DNA of 64,000 bases, taken from assembly GCA_963702095.1 (NCBI GenBank), contig OY969706.1, positions 928,001 to 992,000 of the forward strand, written 5' to 3'. Positions within the stretch are counted from its first letter, which is position 1. Each line of letters begins with the position of its first letter. The translations under genes and the position numbers were made by a program. This stretch comes from Candidatus Bathyarchaeota archaeon (GTDB taxonomy: Archaea > Thermoproteota > Bathyarchaeia > Bathyarchaeales > Bathycorpusculaceae). Below the pieces are notes generated by a model that did not search any database, was not told where the DNA came from, and was given only the letters and a program-made list of their open reading frames with translations. Positions 49,818 to 60,177 of this stretch are shown here, piece after piece.

Positions 49818-51110
49818 ATGCACACCCTTAACCTGCACATAGCCCTCGCAGAACCACGTGAAATCTCTCCTAAACTGCATAAAGATAGACGGTTAGGCAA
49901 GAAACTCTACGTAACCCTAGCCGTGATTGTTTCGCTTGCAACTGTTACAGTGGCGCTTGTTGTTACCCAAACCCCCAGTTCAGCCACGGGGTCACAGACT
50001 GAGTGGAGCAAAACATACTACGGCGACGTCGGTCGTGCAATCCAAACCTCTGACGGAGGCTACGCCATAGCAGGTAACAACGCTTCAGTAGGCTTCTTTC
50101 CCGCTGTCGAACGCGCTCCTACATTAATAAAAACAGATGCTTCTGGAAATCTGGTGTGGAACCAAACTTTCCCTATGACTGGGCATGTGGGTACCGCATC
50201 CATTGTGCAAACTAAAGATGGCGGTTACATCTTGTCAGGAACCAACATAGCTGCACCCATAACCAGCCCCGTCTATAGCGGTTGGCTGATAAAAACGGAC
50301 TCCAACGGCAATGTGGACTGGACTAAAACATTCGTGTTACCCCTGCAAACATGCTACACCATTCAGGATAGCCGTGGTGAATTTGTGGTAACAGGCTATG
50401 CTGAAAACGACGCTAACGGGGTAGATGCAGTTCTCATGAAAGTGAATGCACAGGGCAGTTTGGTGTGGACTAAAACCTTCGGCGGCAACTCCTCTAAGTT
50501 GCTTGCGCTGAATTCTGTTGAGGCAGACGGCGGCTACGTGGTTGCGGGTTGCGTGGTTGGAGCCAACTATGCCCAAGGCGGCTGGCTTCTAAAAACCGAT
50601 TGGGATGGCAACATGCAATGGAGCCAAATATATCAGACCAACGAAAACAAGAACCTACCCTTCAACTATATGACCCAAACCAGCGACGGTGGCTACATAG
50701 TAACCGCTTCTTCACTCGTGCAGAGTTGGCTCGTAAAAATCGATTCGTCAGGTGCTACCCAATGGATAAAATCTTTCCCAATCAATGGAATATTGCGATC
50801 AGTTGTTGGGGCACCCGACGGCGGATACGTTGCTGTAGGCACACAGGATCGGCAGGCATGTGTAATCAGAACAGATTGTTCGGGCACCCTGCTGAATACT
50901 GAATTGCTTGGTGAGGTAAGCGCCAACGTTAGCAGCTCTGCCAGTTCAGTTATCTTGACCAGCGAGGGCAACATTGTTGTGGCAGGAGCACTCAACCACT
51001 ATTCGCCTACAACCGTTGAAGGCTTCCAAGTTACCCCTGAAGTCGGAGAACATGTTTGGCTAACAAAAATGCCGCTGCCAGCCACGCAAGCATCAACTGG
51101 CTCAAGCTAA
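49818..51110 (+). CDS. Anchored beta-propeller repeat protein (QT-x-DGGY repeats)
   Basis: Repeated QTSDGGY...LIKTD..GN..W. Confidence 0.8.
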   Translation: MHTLNLHIALAEPREISPKLHKDRRLGKKLYVTLAVIVSLATVTVALVVTQTPSSATGSQTEWSKTYYGDVGRAIQTSDGGYAIAGNNASVGFFPAVERAPTLIKTDASGNLVWNQTFPMTGHVGTASIVQTKDGGYILSGTNIAAPITSPVYSGWLIKTDSNGNVDWTKTFVLPLQTCYTIQDSRGEFVVTGYAENDANGVDAVLMKVNAQGSLVWTKTFGGNSSKLLALNSVEADGGYVVAGCVVGANYAQGGWLLKTDWDGNMQWSQIYQTNENKNLPFNYMTQTSDGGYIVTASSLVQSWLVKIDSSGATQWIKSFPINGILRSVVGAPDGGYVAVGTQDRQACVIRTDCSGTLLNTELLGEVSANVSSSASSVILTSEGNIVVAGALNHYSPTTVEGFQVTPEVGEHVWLTKMPLPATQASTGSS

Positions 51111-51190
51111 ACTTCCGTGCCAATATCAATTGGAGAGTCAACGAGCGAAGTTTTGCTTTGGCTTTGCTTAGGGTGTTAACGGTTCTCCGG

Positions 51191-51325
51191 TTCTGCTTGT
51201 GGAATCCGCCTCAACCAGCCAGCAATCCATCGGCGGTGCAGAACACAAAACAGTTCCGCCTGCCTAGTCCCTAAGAATAAGATGAGCAAGGCATACTTTC
51301 TCTTCTTCTTAAACTAGAAAAACAA
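51191..51325 (+). repeat. Repeat family B, copy 4
   Basis: TTCTGCTTGTGGAATCCGCCTCAACCAGCCAGCAA...AAGATGAGCAAGG...CTAGAAAAA. Confidence 0.85.
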
Positions 51326-51347
51326 AAGAGCCCAGTCCTATCTACTG

Positions 51348-51557
51348 TTATATTTGGATTTTGTTTGGGATCGCTTCAGGTTGCCCCATCAGTATCCTAA
51401 GCGATTTTATTTCTTCCCGCAGTGCACCGACCTCGTTGTCGAGTTGAGTGGCTTTTGCATCAGCTGCTTTTCTGAGTTCCTCCATTTCACTTAAAAGATT
51501 CTTTTTCTCCGCTTCTAAGCTCTTGATTTTTTCCATAGTGTTCTTTAGGCTGCTCAT
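51348..51557 (-). CDS. Small coiled-coil protein
   Basis: MSSLKNTMEKIKSLEAEKKNLL...; upstream part of the tracked ORF looks non-coding. Confidence 0.7.
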   Translation of the reverse strand: MSSLKNTMEKIKSLEAEKKNLLSEMEELRKAADAKATQLDNEVGALREEIKSLRILMGQPEAIPNKIQI

Positions 51558-51750
51558 TTTGGGGCCCCTTGGCATATTGTAGATTGTTGCTTTTACACTT
51601 AAGACTTTTGCATTGCCCCATCTAATCGTAAAATAGCTTTGGGGTTTTTCGAAAACTAAACACGTGTCCAGTTTGGATAGATGCAGTTTTATATAGGAAA
51701 CTGCCAATAACACATAACCAAATTCCCCCGTATTGTTGGAATGTGACTGA

Positions 51751-53097
51751 ATGCGGAAGACCATATTCAAAAAGCTTGAAGCTCAGGGACTAATCGCTAA
51801 CTACAACCGCCTACGTAAAAACTTGCCGCCGAAACTTCCCGACCGCGTCTTCATCTGGGATGAAACCTTCCGGGAGGGCCTCAAAGCACCCACCGTTTAC
51901 TTAACTTACGTAGAGCAGGTTAGACTTGCCAAATTGATGGATGAGGCAGGCGTCTCAGTTATCAACGTTGGTTTTCCCGCTATTTCTGAGGATGAAAAAC
52001 GCACTGTCAAACGCATCGTCAACGAAACCTTCACTAATGCGAAATTAACCGCTTCAGCTGAAGCCACAAAAAACAGTGTAAACGCCTGCTTGGAATGCGG
52101 CATAAAGGAAATTACCGTTGAATCCCCAATCAACGGCTTAAACCTTCAATACAAACTCAAATTAACCAAAGAGCAAGCTCTCCAACGCATAGTTGAATGC
52201 ATAGACCACGCCAAAAAACACGGCGCCAACGTGAACTTTACCCTCATGGATGCCACCCGAACGTCGCTAGAGGATATTCTGCAGGTTTTTGAGGCAGCCA
52301 CAGGTGCAGGTGCAACCCGTTTAGCCCTCGCCGACAGCGTCGGTTTCATCCGTCCCCTCTCTATGCGTTACTTGATTTCGCACGTACGCGATGGGTTGCC
52401 TGATGCAATCAGAAAGAAGATACCGCTTGCAGTCCACTGTCACAACGACTTCGGCTTAGGCTCCGCCAACACCCTCGCCGCCATGGAAGAAGGCGTAAGT
52501 TTCCTCCACACCTGTATCGCTGGCTTCGGCGAACGCGCAGGCTTAGCGCCGTTTGAAGAAGTTGTGACCACAACGGAGTTGCTCTATAACATCGACACAG
52601 GCATAGACTTGGGCAAAATCTACCGTATAGCCCAATCAGCAGAGAAAGCCTTTGCCATGCCTATCCAATTCCATAAGCCCATCATCGGCGAAAACATCTT
52701 CACCCACGAGGTTGAAGAAGAAGTCGAAGAAATGATGTCCCAACCCTTGGTGTTTGAGCCGTTCCCGCCTGAGATCGTGGGCAGAGAAACCATGATTTTT
52801 ATCGGCAGAAACACCGGGCAAACCCTCATCCAGAAGCTGCTGGAGAAAGCCGGTATCCGTGCTTCACCCCGCCAAATGGACGAATTGTTCCGCCGCATAA
52901 AGGGCCCACAGGAGAGCCTTGACAAGGGCGAGGCACAAATGACCTATTACCAGGTTAAGAAGCTAATGAAGGACCTTCTTAAGGGCTACACGATGGATGA
53001 GTTCTGGCACCTCGTAGAGCAAGTGACGCGTCAGCGCCCGAAGCTGACTAAACCTAACAAGAAGGGGCCTACGCAAACCGCGGATCAACTACTCTAA
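51751..53097 (+). CDS. LeuA/homocitrate-synthase-like DRE-TIM protein with divergent active site
   Basis: DETFREG, LADSVG, HCHNDFGL, GERAG, HKPIIGEN. Confidence 0.8.
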   Translation: MRKTIFKKLEAQGLIANYNRLRKNLPPKLPDRVFIWDETFREGLKAPTVYLTYVEQVRLAKLMDEAGVSVINVGFPAISEDEKRTVKRIVNETFTNAKLTASAEATKNSVNACLECGIKEITVESPINGLNLQYKLKLTKEQALQRIVECIDHAKKHGANVNFTLMDATRTSLEDILQVFEAATGAGATRLALADSVGFIRPLSMRYLISHVRDGLPDAIRKKIPLAVHCHNDFGLGSANTLAAMEEGVSFLHTCIAGFGERAGLAPFEEVVTTTELLYNIDTGIDLGKIYRIAQSAEKAFAMPIQFHKPIIGENIFTHEVEEEVEEMMSQPLVFEPFPPEIVGRETMIFIGRNTGQTLIQKLLEKAGIRASPRQMDELFRRIKGPQESLDKGEAQMTYYQVKKLMKDLLKGYTMDEFWHLVEQVTRQRPKLTKPNKKGPTQTADQLL

Positions 53098-54070
53098 ATC
53101 CGCTTTTATCTTCTCTATCTCTTTTCTGGTTGGAGCATAGGGGTAGTTGTAGATGGGTCCACTGGGTTTTTCGTTGTAGAAGGGTCGATTGCAGCTGGGG
53201 CACCCTGAAGTCCTAAACGGCAAACCACTGTCCACCGCAACTTCCAACTGCTCCCTTGGCAATCCATAATCGGCGATTCTGCCGTTTTCATAACGGATTT
53301 TTTCGGCTCTTGATTTGCCCGTAACAATCAAGTACCTTGCAAGCTGCAGACGCCTATACGATTGCACCTTGGGCGGCAAACAACCCCCAAACGCAGTACC
53401 CCTCACAGGTGTAAAGGCGAACAACGCGGGCAAAATCCCCAAATCTACCACCCTCTGAACTGCCTCTGCCACTTCTTCCTCGGATTCACCCAATCCAACA
53501 ATCAAATGTGTGCTAACGTTGCCATGCCCAAAAACCGACAGTGCCTCACCCAACATGCGGAACTGGCTATCCCAGCGGTAGCAGCCTCCTACGTCAGCGC
53601 CTTTTATCCTGTTAAACACGGCTTCAGTTGCCCCATCCAATGCAATCCCCAACCGCTCTACCCCCGCCTCTTTTAGCCGCAGGATGTTTTCTCTGTTCTG
53701 AGGCTGGCAGGAAACCGAAACCGCCACAGCCGAGCCCCGTTTGATTTCTTCTACCAGTGCTTCGAGGTGGTTGAAGACTTCGGGGTAGTTGAGGGCTTGG
53801 ATGCAGACTCGGCGAATCCTTTTTGCCTCTGCCGCTTCTGCAAATGCCTCTAACGCTGCTTTTGTGGGGAAGGTGGGCCATGTGACGCGGGAGAGCATCT
53901 GGGTGCTGCTTTTGCTTTCCCGTGCTTGGGAGCAGAATCCACAGTTCGCAGTGCATTTGTCCATGCGGTAGGTCATGAGGTAAGCGGTTGTGGGTGCCGC
54001 ATCCAATTTACCCTCCAGCAGTCCAAGTACGATGGCGGTGCCTAATGAAACGCGGATTTGCTGGGGAAAT
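53089..54070 (-). CDS. lipS2: Radical SAM protein, archaeal lipoyl synthase subunit LipS2-like (start uncertain)
   Basis: IRVSLGTAIVLG, PTTAYLM, CTANCGFC, LSRVTWP, TSGCPSCNRP. Confidence 0.75.
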
Positions 54071-54183
54071 TCCCGACTTGTCTGTTTTTGATTCGTTGTT
54101 TTACGTCCAGTGACTTTTACAGTAAACGCCGATTATTTAAAGAATCGACGCGTTTTACCCACGCAGAGGATTGGCATAGTGCT

Positions 54184-54226
54184 TGTTCCATAACTGGAAC
54201 AATATGTTCCAACGGGAGAGTAATAT
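54184..54226 (+). promoter_or_regulatory. Tandem operator, copy 3
   Basis: TGTTCCA-taac-TGGAACA-ata-TGTTCCA-acgg-GAGAGTA-ATAT. Confidence 0.7.
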
Positions 54227-54262
54227 TTCCCCATAGCCTGATATGTGTGGTGGCTTCAGCGT

Positions 54263-55501
54263 ATGCAGGGCAAAAAGCACCGAGAATCAAAGGCGGCTTT
54301 TTTGGCGGTTACTTTAGCCTTGCTTCTTGCCTTCTCACCCCTGCCGTTTGCCGCTTCGGAAAATCAGAATTCATACGTGTTATCTGCGCCTGTTCAGTTG
54401 CAAGACAATTTGCCGGGCGTCGTGGGTTACTGCGTCTACCAACTCGACGATGGAAGCTTGGTGTTAAACAGTATTAACCAGTCATGTACCTTCTTGACAA
54501 AACTTGACGCATCCTACCATCTGGTTTGGACACGCACTTTTCAAATCGATGGGCGTGACACGGCGTTGCCTCGGCTGGTGGTTACCCGTGACGGCGGCTT
54601 CCTCTTAGCCGGGCTCGTCAACAACTACTATGTTTTAGTGAAAACCGATTCAGAGGGAACCCTGCAGTGGACTCAGTCTTATAGTTCAGGAGCGTCCGTG
54701 AATCATTTTATGGCGGTTATTGAAGTTAAAGAGGGCGGCTTTGCCATAGCAGGTTTTTGTGTTCCAGTCGAGGACGGGTTAGGCTGGATTTGGTTCGCAA
54801 GAGTTGACCCTTCGAGCAACATGTTGTGGAGCGAGAACATTTCTGGGCCAATTCACAATTGTCCCTCAACCATCATAGAAACCAACGAAGGCTACATGGT
54901 GTCCGCTGTGAGCTACTCATTTGTGCCTGACCAAGCGCTCTACGAGTTAATCCGGCTGGACGCAGATGGAGTAGTGCTTGGAAACACTACTTACGGCGGA
55001 ACAGGCTTCTACTACCAGACAGAATGCAACGGAGCCATAGCCACAAGCGACGGAGGCTACTTGATGGTGGGGTATCTTTGGCGTAAACCCGCTTGGGTTG
55101 TCAAAGTGGCTGCAGAGGGCAATATGGAGTGGAACCAAACGTACGGTGAAAACGGTTACTCCATTACAGGTGCTCTCCAAACGGAGTGTGGGTATCTGCT
55201 TCTTGAATTTCTAAGCGCCCAATGCAACCGGCGTCATAATGACCGACAAACTGGGCAATACGGTTTGGAACACGACTTTTTCGGATGTCACCTTGCCGGT
55301 TGGGTTAGAAGCAAACTTTAACTCCATCATAAAAGCCAAAGAAGACGGCTACATAATCTTAGCGTCGAAGAATCATGAGACGTGGCTTGCAAAACTCGAA
55401 AACTCCCTGGCCCGTCACAGCCTCAATTGTTGCTATTGGTTGCTGCAGTGGTAGTTTTTACTGTTGCCATTTTGGTTGTGGTTTGGCGGAGAAAAAAGTA
55501 A
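54263..55501 (+). CDS. Secreted DGGY-repeat beta-propeller protein with C-terminal TM; two frameshifts
   Basis: TRDGGF, TSDGGY, LVKTD repeats; TM-WRRKK tail in a third frame ending 55501. Confidence 0.7.
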
Positions 55502-55508
55502 GCGGTCC

Positions 55509-56012
55509 TTAGGGCGCTTTTTTTGCTAAGCTCCAGATGCGGCTTGCAAGCGAGAGTATAATGAACACTAAAAACGCGTATTGCACGAAATCAAAGATTG
55601 GTTGAATTTGAAAAAAAAGCGTTAGGGCGATGCCTATGTAGAGGGCGCTTCCTATGTATTTGCCGACGGGGTCGTAGAGTTTTTTGGCGTAGACGCTTGT
55701 GATAACAAATTGAACGAACGAAATGGCAATTAAAATTACCAGCCATATGGGATAAAAACCTTCGAAGGTAAAGAAGGCGAATATGCCTCCGGTTAAAACG
55801 AAGTCTGTTGTGGCGTCGTAGTAGGCGCCGAACTTGGAGGTTGCGTTGAGTTTTCGGGCGAAGTAGCCGTCGAAATAGTCGGTTGTTGCGCAAAAAGCCA
55901 GCAAGAAAAGACAAGCCCATATGTTTCCAAGGTTAAATAGGTGGATGAAGAGCGGCAAAGCTGCAATCCTAAGTGAACTTATGACTGTTGGGATGGCGCT
56001 TTGTTTTTTCAT
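55509..56012 (-). CDS. CDP-alcohol phosphatidyltransferase family protein
   Basis: TDYFDGYFARKLNATSKFGAYYDATTD. Confidence 0.9.
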   Translation of the reverse strand: MKKQSAIPTVISSLRIAALPLFIHLFNLGNIWACLFLLAFCATTDYFDGYFARKLNATSKFGAYYDATTDFVLTGGIFAFFTFEGFYPIWLVILIAISFVQFVITSVYAKKLYDPVGKYIGSALYIGIALTLFFQIQPIFDFVQYAFLVFIILSLASRIWSLAKKAP

Positions 56013-56097
56013 GGCTCCACTTTGAAGGTTATGCGGTGGACCCTTTCAATATTAACTGTCTCTATTTAAAAAATCGGTGACTCACCCTTGGAGGCAG

Positions 56098-57468
56098 TTA
56101 CCGCATTTTTTTAAAAGCCCAATCTGTAATGGTTTCAAAAGGTTGACCTATAACCTTGTAACCTGTGTTTCCAAGGTATTTTCGGGTGTAAAACTGCGCT
56201 TGCGCTTTCCCAATCGCAAACTTGAGTTTTCCCTCACTAAACCCCGAAGCATACAACAGCTTATGGCGGATTAAATGGTAGTTTTTGGGTTCCTCCCAAT
56301 CCTCAATCGACACACCATCCCCCTTCACCCGCTCATAGAGGGGCGTGCCGGGAATCGGGTAGGGCATGGTGAAAGAGAGGTAGTCAAGCGGCAAAGCCGA
56401 AGCGAAGCGGGTGGTGTCAAGGACGGTTTGGTCGGTTTCGCCCGGGTACCCCACGATGAAGAAGGCGCCGACTTTTAGCCCCGCCGCTTTTGCCACGTGG
56501 ACGGCGTGTTGGGCTTGAGCAGTGGTTATGTGCTTGTTCATAATGCCCAGCACTGAGTCGTTGCCTGATTCGATGCCGAAGAACACGCGTATGCACCCCG
56601 CCTGCTTCATTGCCTCCGCCACCTCCGCATCCATGGTGTCTACCCTTGAGAGGCACTCCCAACCGATTTTAACGTCCCGCCGCACCATTTCTTCGCAGAC
56701 GCCTATGAGGTGCCTGCTGTTTAGGGTGAAGCAGTCGTCGGCAAACCAAACCCGCTCATAACCCAACCCGGCAATCTCCTCCACCTCATCCACAATGTTG
56801 CCCACCGACCTTACCCGCGTGTCTGAGCCGAAGATGGGGCGGCTGCAGAAGTCGCAGCTAAACGGGCAACCCCTCGACGTAATCATTGAGGTGGTCGTGT
56901 AGCCGAATTGTTTTTTGTAGTATTTTTTGTAGGTTTCGTTGTCGAAGAGTTGGCGGGTGGGGAAAGATAGGCTATCCAAATCTTTGGCAAAACCTTGGGG
57001 TTCAGTGGTGACTGTGCGGTCGCCTTCCTTGTAAGCAATGCCCCTTACCGTATCGAGCGGTTTTCCTTGGGCAACACACTCGACTAGTTTTGTCACGGTC
57101 TGTTCGCCTTCCCCGATTGCCACCACATCAAAAGTCCCCAAAAAACCCTGAGGCGACCAAGACGGCAAAGGACCCCCAACAACCAGCAAGCAATTGGGCA
57201 CCTGTTTTCGGATGGCTTGGGCGAGTTCTAGGGCGGTTTTCTTCATCGAGAACATGCAGTAGAATCCCACAACCTGCGGTTGCACCTCTGCCACCCGTTT
57301 GACGGCGTCCGCTCGCTTAAGGAAAGTGCAGTCGACCAATTCGGCTTTGTCGCCGTGTCTCTGAAGTGCAGCTGCAATGTATCCTAAGCCTAAGGGTGGA
57401 AAACGGAAGATGGAATTGTCGTTTGCTGGGTGAAAAAACGGGTAAACCAATGCAACCTGAACTGTCAA
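56098..57468 (-). CDS. B12-binding radical SAM protein
   Basis: PPLGLGYIAA, VVGGP, GEGE, TSRGCPFSCDFC, GIESG. Confidence 0.9.
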   Translation of the reverse strand: MTVQVALVYPFFHPANDNSIFRFPPLGLGYIAAALQRHGDKAELVDCTFLKRADAVKRVAEVQPQVVGFYCMFSMKKTALELAQAIRKQVPNCLLVVGGPLPSWSPQGFLGTFDVVAIGEGEQTVTKLVECVAQGKPLDTVRGIAYKEGDRTVTTEPQGFAKDLDSLSFPTRQLFDNETYKKYYKKQFGYTTTSMITSRGCPFSCDFCSRPIFGSDTRVRSVGNIVDEVEEIAGLGYERVWFADDCFTLNSRHLIGVCEEMVRRDVKIGWECLSRVDTMDAEVAEAMKQAGCIRVFFGIESGNDSVLGIMNKHITTAQAQHAVHVAKAAGLKVGAFFIVGYPGETDQTVLDTTRFASALPLDYLSFTMPYPIPGTPLYERVKGDGVSIEDWEEPKNYHLIRHKLLYASGFSEGKLKFAIGKAQAQFYTRKYLGNTGYKVIGQPFETITDWAFKKMR

Positions 57469-57560
57469 AAAAGGATCCTCAGAAGAATTCGCTATGAAAA
57501 CTACTCGCTTGATACCTTAAAAACTATTGGATTTCCTAAAAAATGGAAAAAGGAGTTAGG

Positions 57561-58343
57561 TTAAATGGTGGCGGGTGGCTGAGGGGGCGGTTGGGGTGGG
57601 TTTTCACATAGGATGTTGTTTTTGCTCCACAGCCAGTCGGTTTTTAACAGCACATGAAGCAGTGGGACCGCGATTATTGTGATTATTATGGCTTGTATGA
57701 GTCTTATTGCTGGGTAGATGAATGGAGATGCGAGGAACGCGAATTGGACGTCGATCATTTGCATGCCGTAGATTCCATTGTAGACTGTGGGCAGTGCAAA
57801 GGCGAAGGATCCCCAGACGTTGTCTGCTTGATTGCCGATGAATGCTATTATGAAGATTGCGGCGGCGCCTAATCCGACTGTGAGTCTTTTTCGGAAGAGT
57901 ATGAGTGGGGCTATGAGTGCGACTGCGATGATTTTGTCCCATAGTACCCAAATTGCGACTTGGGCGCTGTTAAAATTGTAGACTGGCGGCGTGAAGACAA
58001 ATGCGACCATTATTACGATGAACGGTATTACTGCTAATTTCCATTTCTTGTAGAATAGTGCGCCGGAAACGAATGCGTTTAGTGGTGGCGATAGGAGGAA
58101 TGGCAGGCTAGTCGGATAGCCACCAAGAAGCGCCCACGCGGCTACTGCACCTATGAGCGCCGCTGCAGTTCCAAGGTACGGTCCCAGTATTATGCCTAAT
58201 AGTGTTGCAATTAATGCGCCTAGGCTGATTGTTAAGCCACCTATACCCATTGGGATGCTGAATGGTATGGCGACGTTGATTGCTACGTATAATGCTGCGA
58301 ATACTGCTGCCAGGGCTACATGCTTGGATGTTATCTTGTTCAT
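57561..58343 (-). CDS. ECF-transporter S-component-like membrane protein
   Basis: ALAAVFAALY, GIILGPYLG, multiple TMs. Confidence 0.6.
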   Translation of the reverse strand: MNKITSKHVALAAVFAALYVAINVAIPFSIPMGIGGLTISLGALIATLLGIILGPYLGTAAALIGAVAAWALLGGYPTSLPFLLSPPLNAFVSGALFYKKWKLAVIPFIVIMVAFVFTPPVYNFNSAQVAIWVLWDKIIAVALIAPLILFRKRLTVGLGAAAIFIIAFIGNQADNVWGSFAFALPTVYNGIYGMQMIDVQFAFLASPFIYPAIRLIQAIIITIIAVPLLHVLLKTDWLWSKNNILCENPPQPPPQPPATI

Positions 58344-58490
58344 TGCTACTTAATGCTCCCATGTATTAATTTTCATCGTTATGTATTTTTTTACATAGCA
58401 TCAACCTATAAAAGATTTCCCCCACCAAATTTTACACAGGCAACCACTAAATAACACACCACAAATAACATCACACCAGAAGGCCCAACC

Positions 58491-60037
58491 ATGAAAGCAC
58501 TCCTAATCACCGGAACCCTCGCCCAGCAAACCATCAAACAATACGCCAAACAAAGCATCACCCCCACAGAAGTCCTCGCCCTAAACGTCCAAGTCGCCGC
58601 TTTTTTAACCCCCCAAACCATCATCCAAGCCCTAAAAAAAACACCCCCAAAAAACATCGACATCATCCTCACACCCGGACAAATGCTCGGCGACACAAAA
58701 ACCATCACCGAAGCAGTCGGCGTCCCCGCGTTCAAGGGGCCCGTTACGCTGCAGACCTCCCATTAATCCTCGACTGCCTAGGGGAAGTGCAGCTTTCAAC
58801 TACTGAGCCCGCCTGCGATTTACTGCGTGAAAAGCTTCAGAAGAGGGCTTTGGCTGAACTTGACAGGGTAGAGCGGAATCGCGCAGCATTGCTAAAGAAG
58901 CCGGGGCACCTGCAAATCGGCGATTTAGCCGTCGGCAAAGCCTTCCCCATGCGGGTCCTCGCCGAAATCGTCGATGCACCCTTGTTGGAATCGGCTGAAA
59001 TCCAGCGCTTAGCCAAACGTTATGCAGCGGGGGGTGCAAACATCATCGACATCGGCATGACGGCGGGCCAAACAAGACCCAAAGATGCCCAACGCGCGGT
59101 TGCAGCCGCCAAATCCGCAGTGAACTTGCCCATAAGCATCGACACCCTCAACCCCGCAGAAATCAAAGCGGCAGTCCAAGCCGGAGCTGACCTGATTTTA
59201 AGCGCCGACGCAGGCAACCTCCAAGCAATCGCGCCCTTTGCAAAAAACACCCCCATCGTCGTTATCCCAACTAACCAGCAAAGAGGAATCTTTCCACAAA
59301 AACCAGCCGCACGCGTAAGGCTGCTGGAGCGCTTGATTGGGCAGGCTAAACAGCTTGGCTTCACAAAAATCATCGGCGACCTAATCCTTGAACCCACGCA
59401 CATCGTCGACTCCTACGTGGCTTTCCGGGAGTTTAACCGCAGAAACCCCGAAGTGCCCCTACTCATCGGCATAGCCAACGTGGTGGAGTTGTTCGACGCG
59501 GACTCCGTGGGCTTGAACGCGCTATTGGCTAGGCTGTCCTCTGAGGTTAACGCGGATGTTTTGTTGACTACTGAGAAGACGCCTAAAGCAAGGGGTAGCG
59601 TGGGCGAGGTGGCGGCTGCGTCGAAGATGATGTTTTTGGCTAAGAAGCGGGATTCGGTGCCGCGGGATTTGGGGTTAGACCTGCTTGTGCTCAAGGATAA
59701 GGTTGAACGGGAGATTCCCTGTAGTTTGGGCTGCGCCAAAGTGGTTGAAGCCCAACAGGCTTTGCAGGCGGTTGCCATAGACCCCTGCGGCGTCTTCCGC
59801 ATACTGGTGGACCGAGAGGGCAACGCCATAGTAGCCCTGCATCGTCTATCCAGCGAGGCTAAGGAGCCCTCCGTTGCAGTTAGGGGTTCAAGCGCAGAGG
59901 CTGTAATGGCTGAGGTTCTGAAGCGAAAGCTGGTTTCAAGTTTAAATCATGCGGCTTATTTGGGTGCCGAGTTGGCAAAAGCCGAAGGGGCATTGCGCAG
60001 TGGGAAGGATTACGTGCAGGATAAACCCCTTTTCTAA
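58491..60037 (+). CDS. Archaeal dihydropteroate synthase-like protein; frameshift near 58740
   Basis: LITGTLA, KGP(R)YAADLP, LAEIVDAP, IIDIG, SIDT, HAAYLGAELAKAE...YVQD. Confidence 0.85.
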
Positions 60038-60055
60038 TGCAAACCAAAACCGTTC

Positions 60056-60138
60056 TTCTGCTTGTGGAAATCGCCTCAACCAGCCATCAACCCCACCCAG
60101 TTGGAGAACACAAAACACAGCCGCTCACTAAGCTCACT
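60056..60138 (+). repeat. Repeat family B, partial copy 5
   Basis: TTCTGCTTGTGGAAATCGCCTCAACCAGCC...GAACACAAAACACAGCCGC. Confidence 0.85.
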
Positions 60139-60177
60139 TAATTTTTAGTGATTGATTAAAAATAAAAAAAGAGGAAG

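Noticed and set aside
58344-58490. Riboswitch upstream of the ECF S-component
   Set aside because: Short AT/AC-rich divergent promoter with no TPP, FMN or cobalamin consensus
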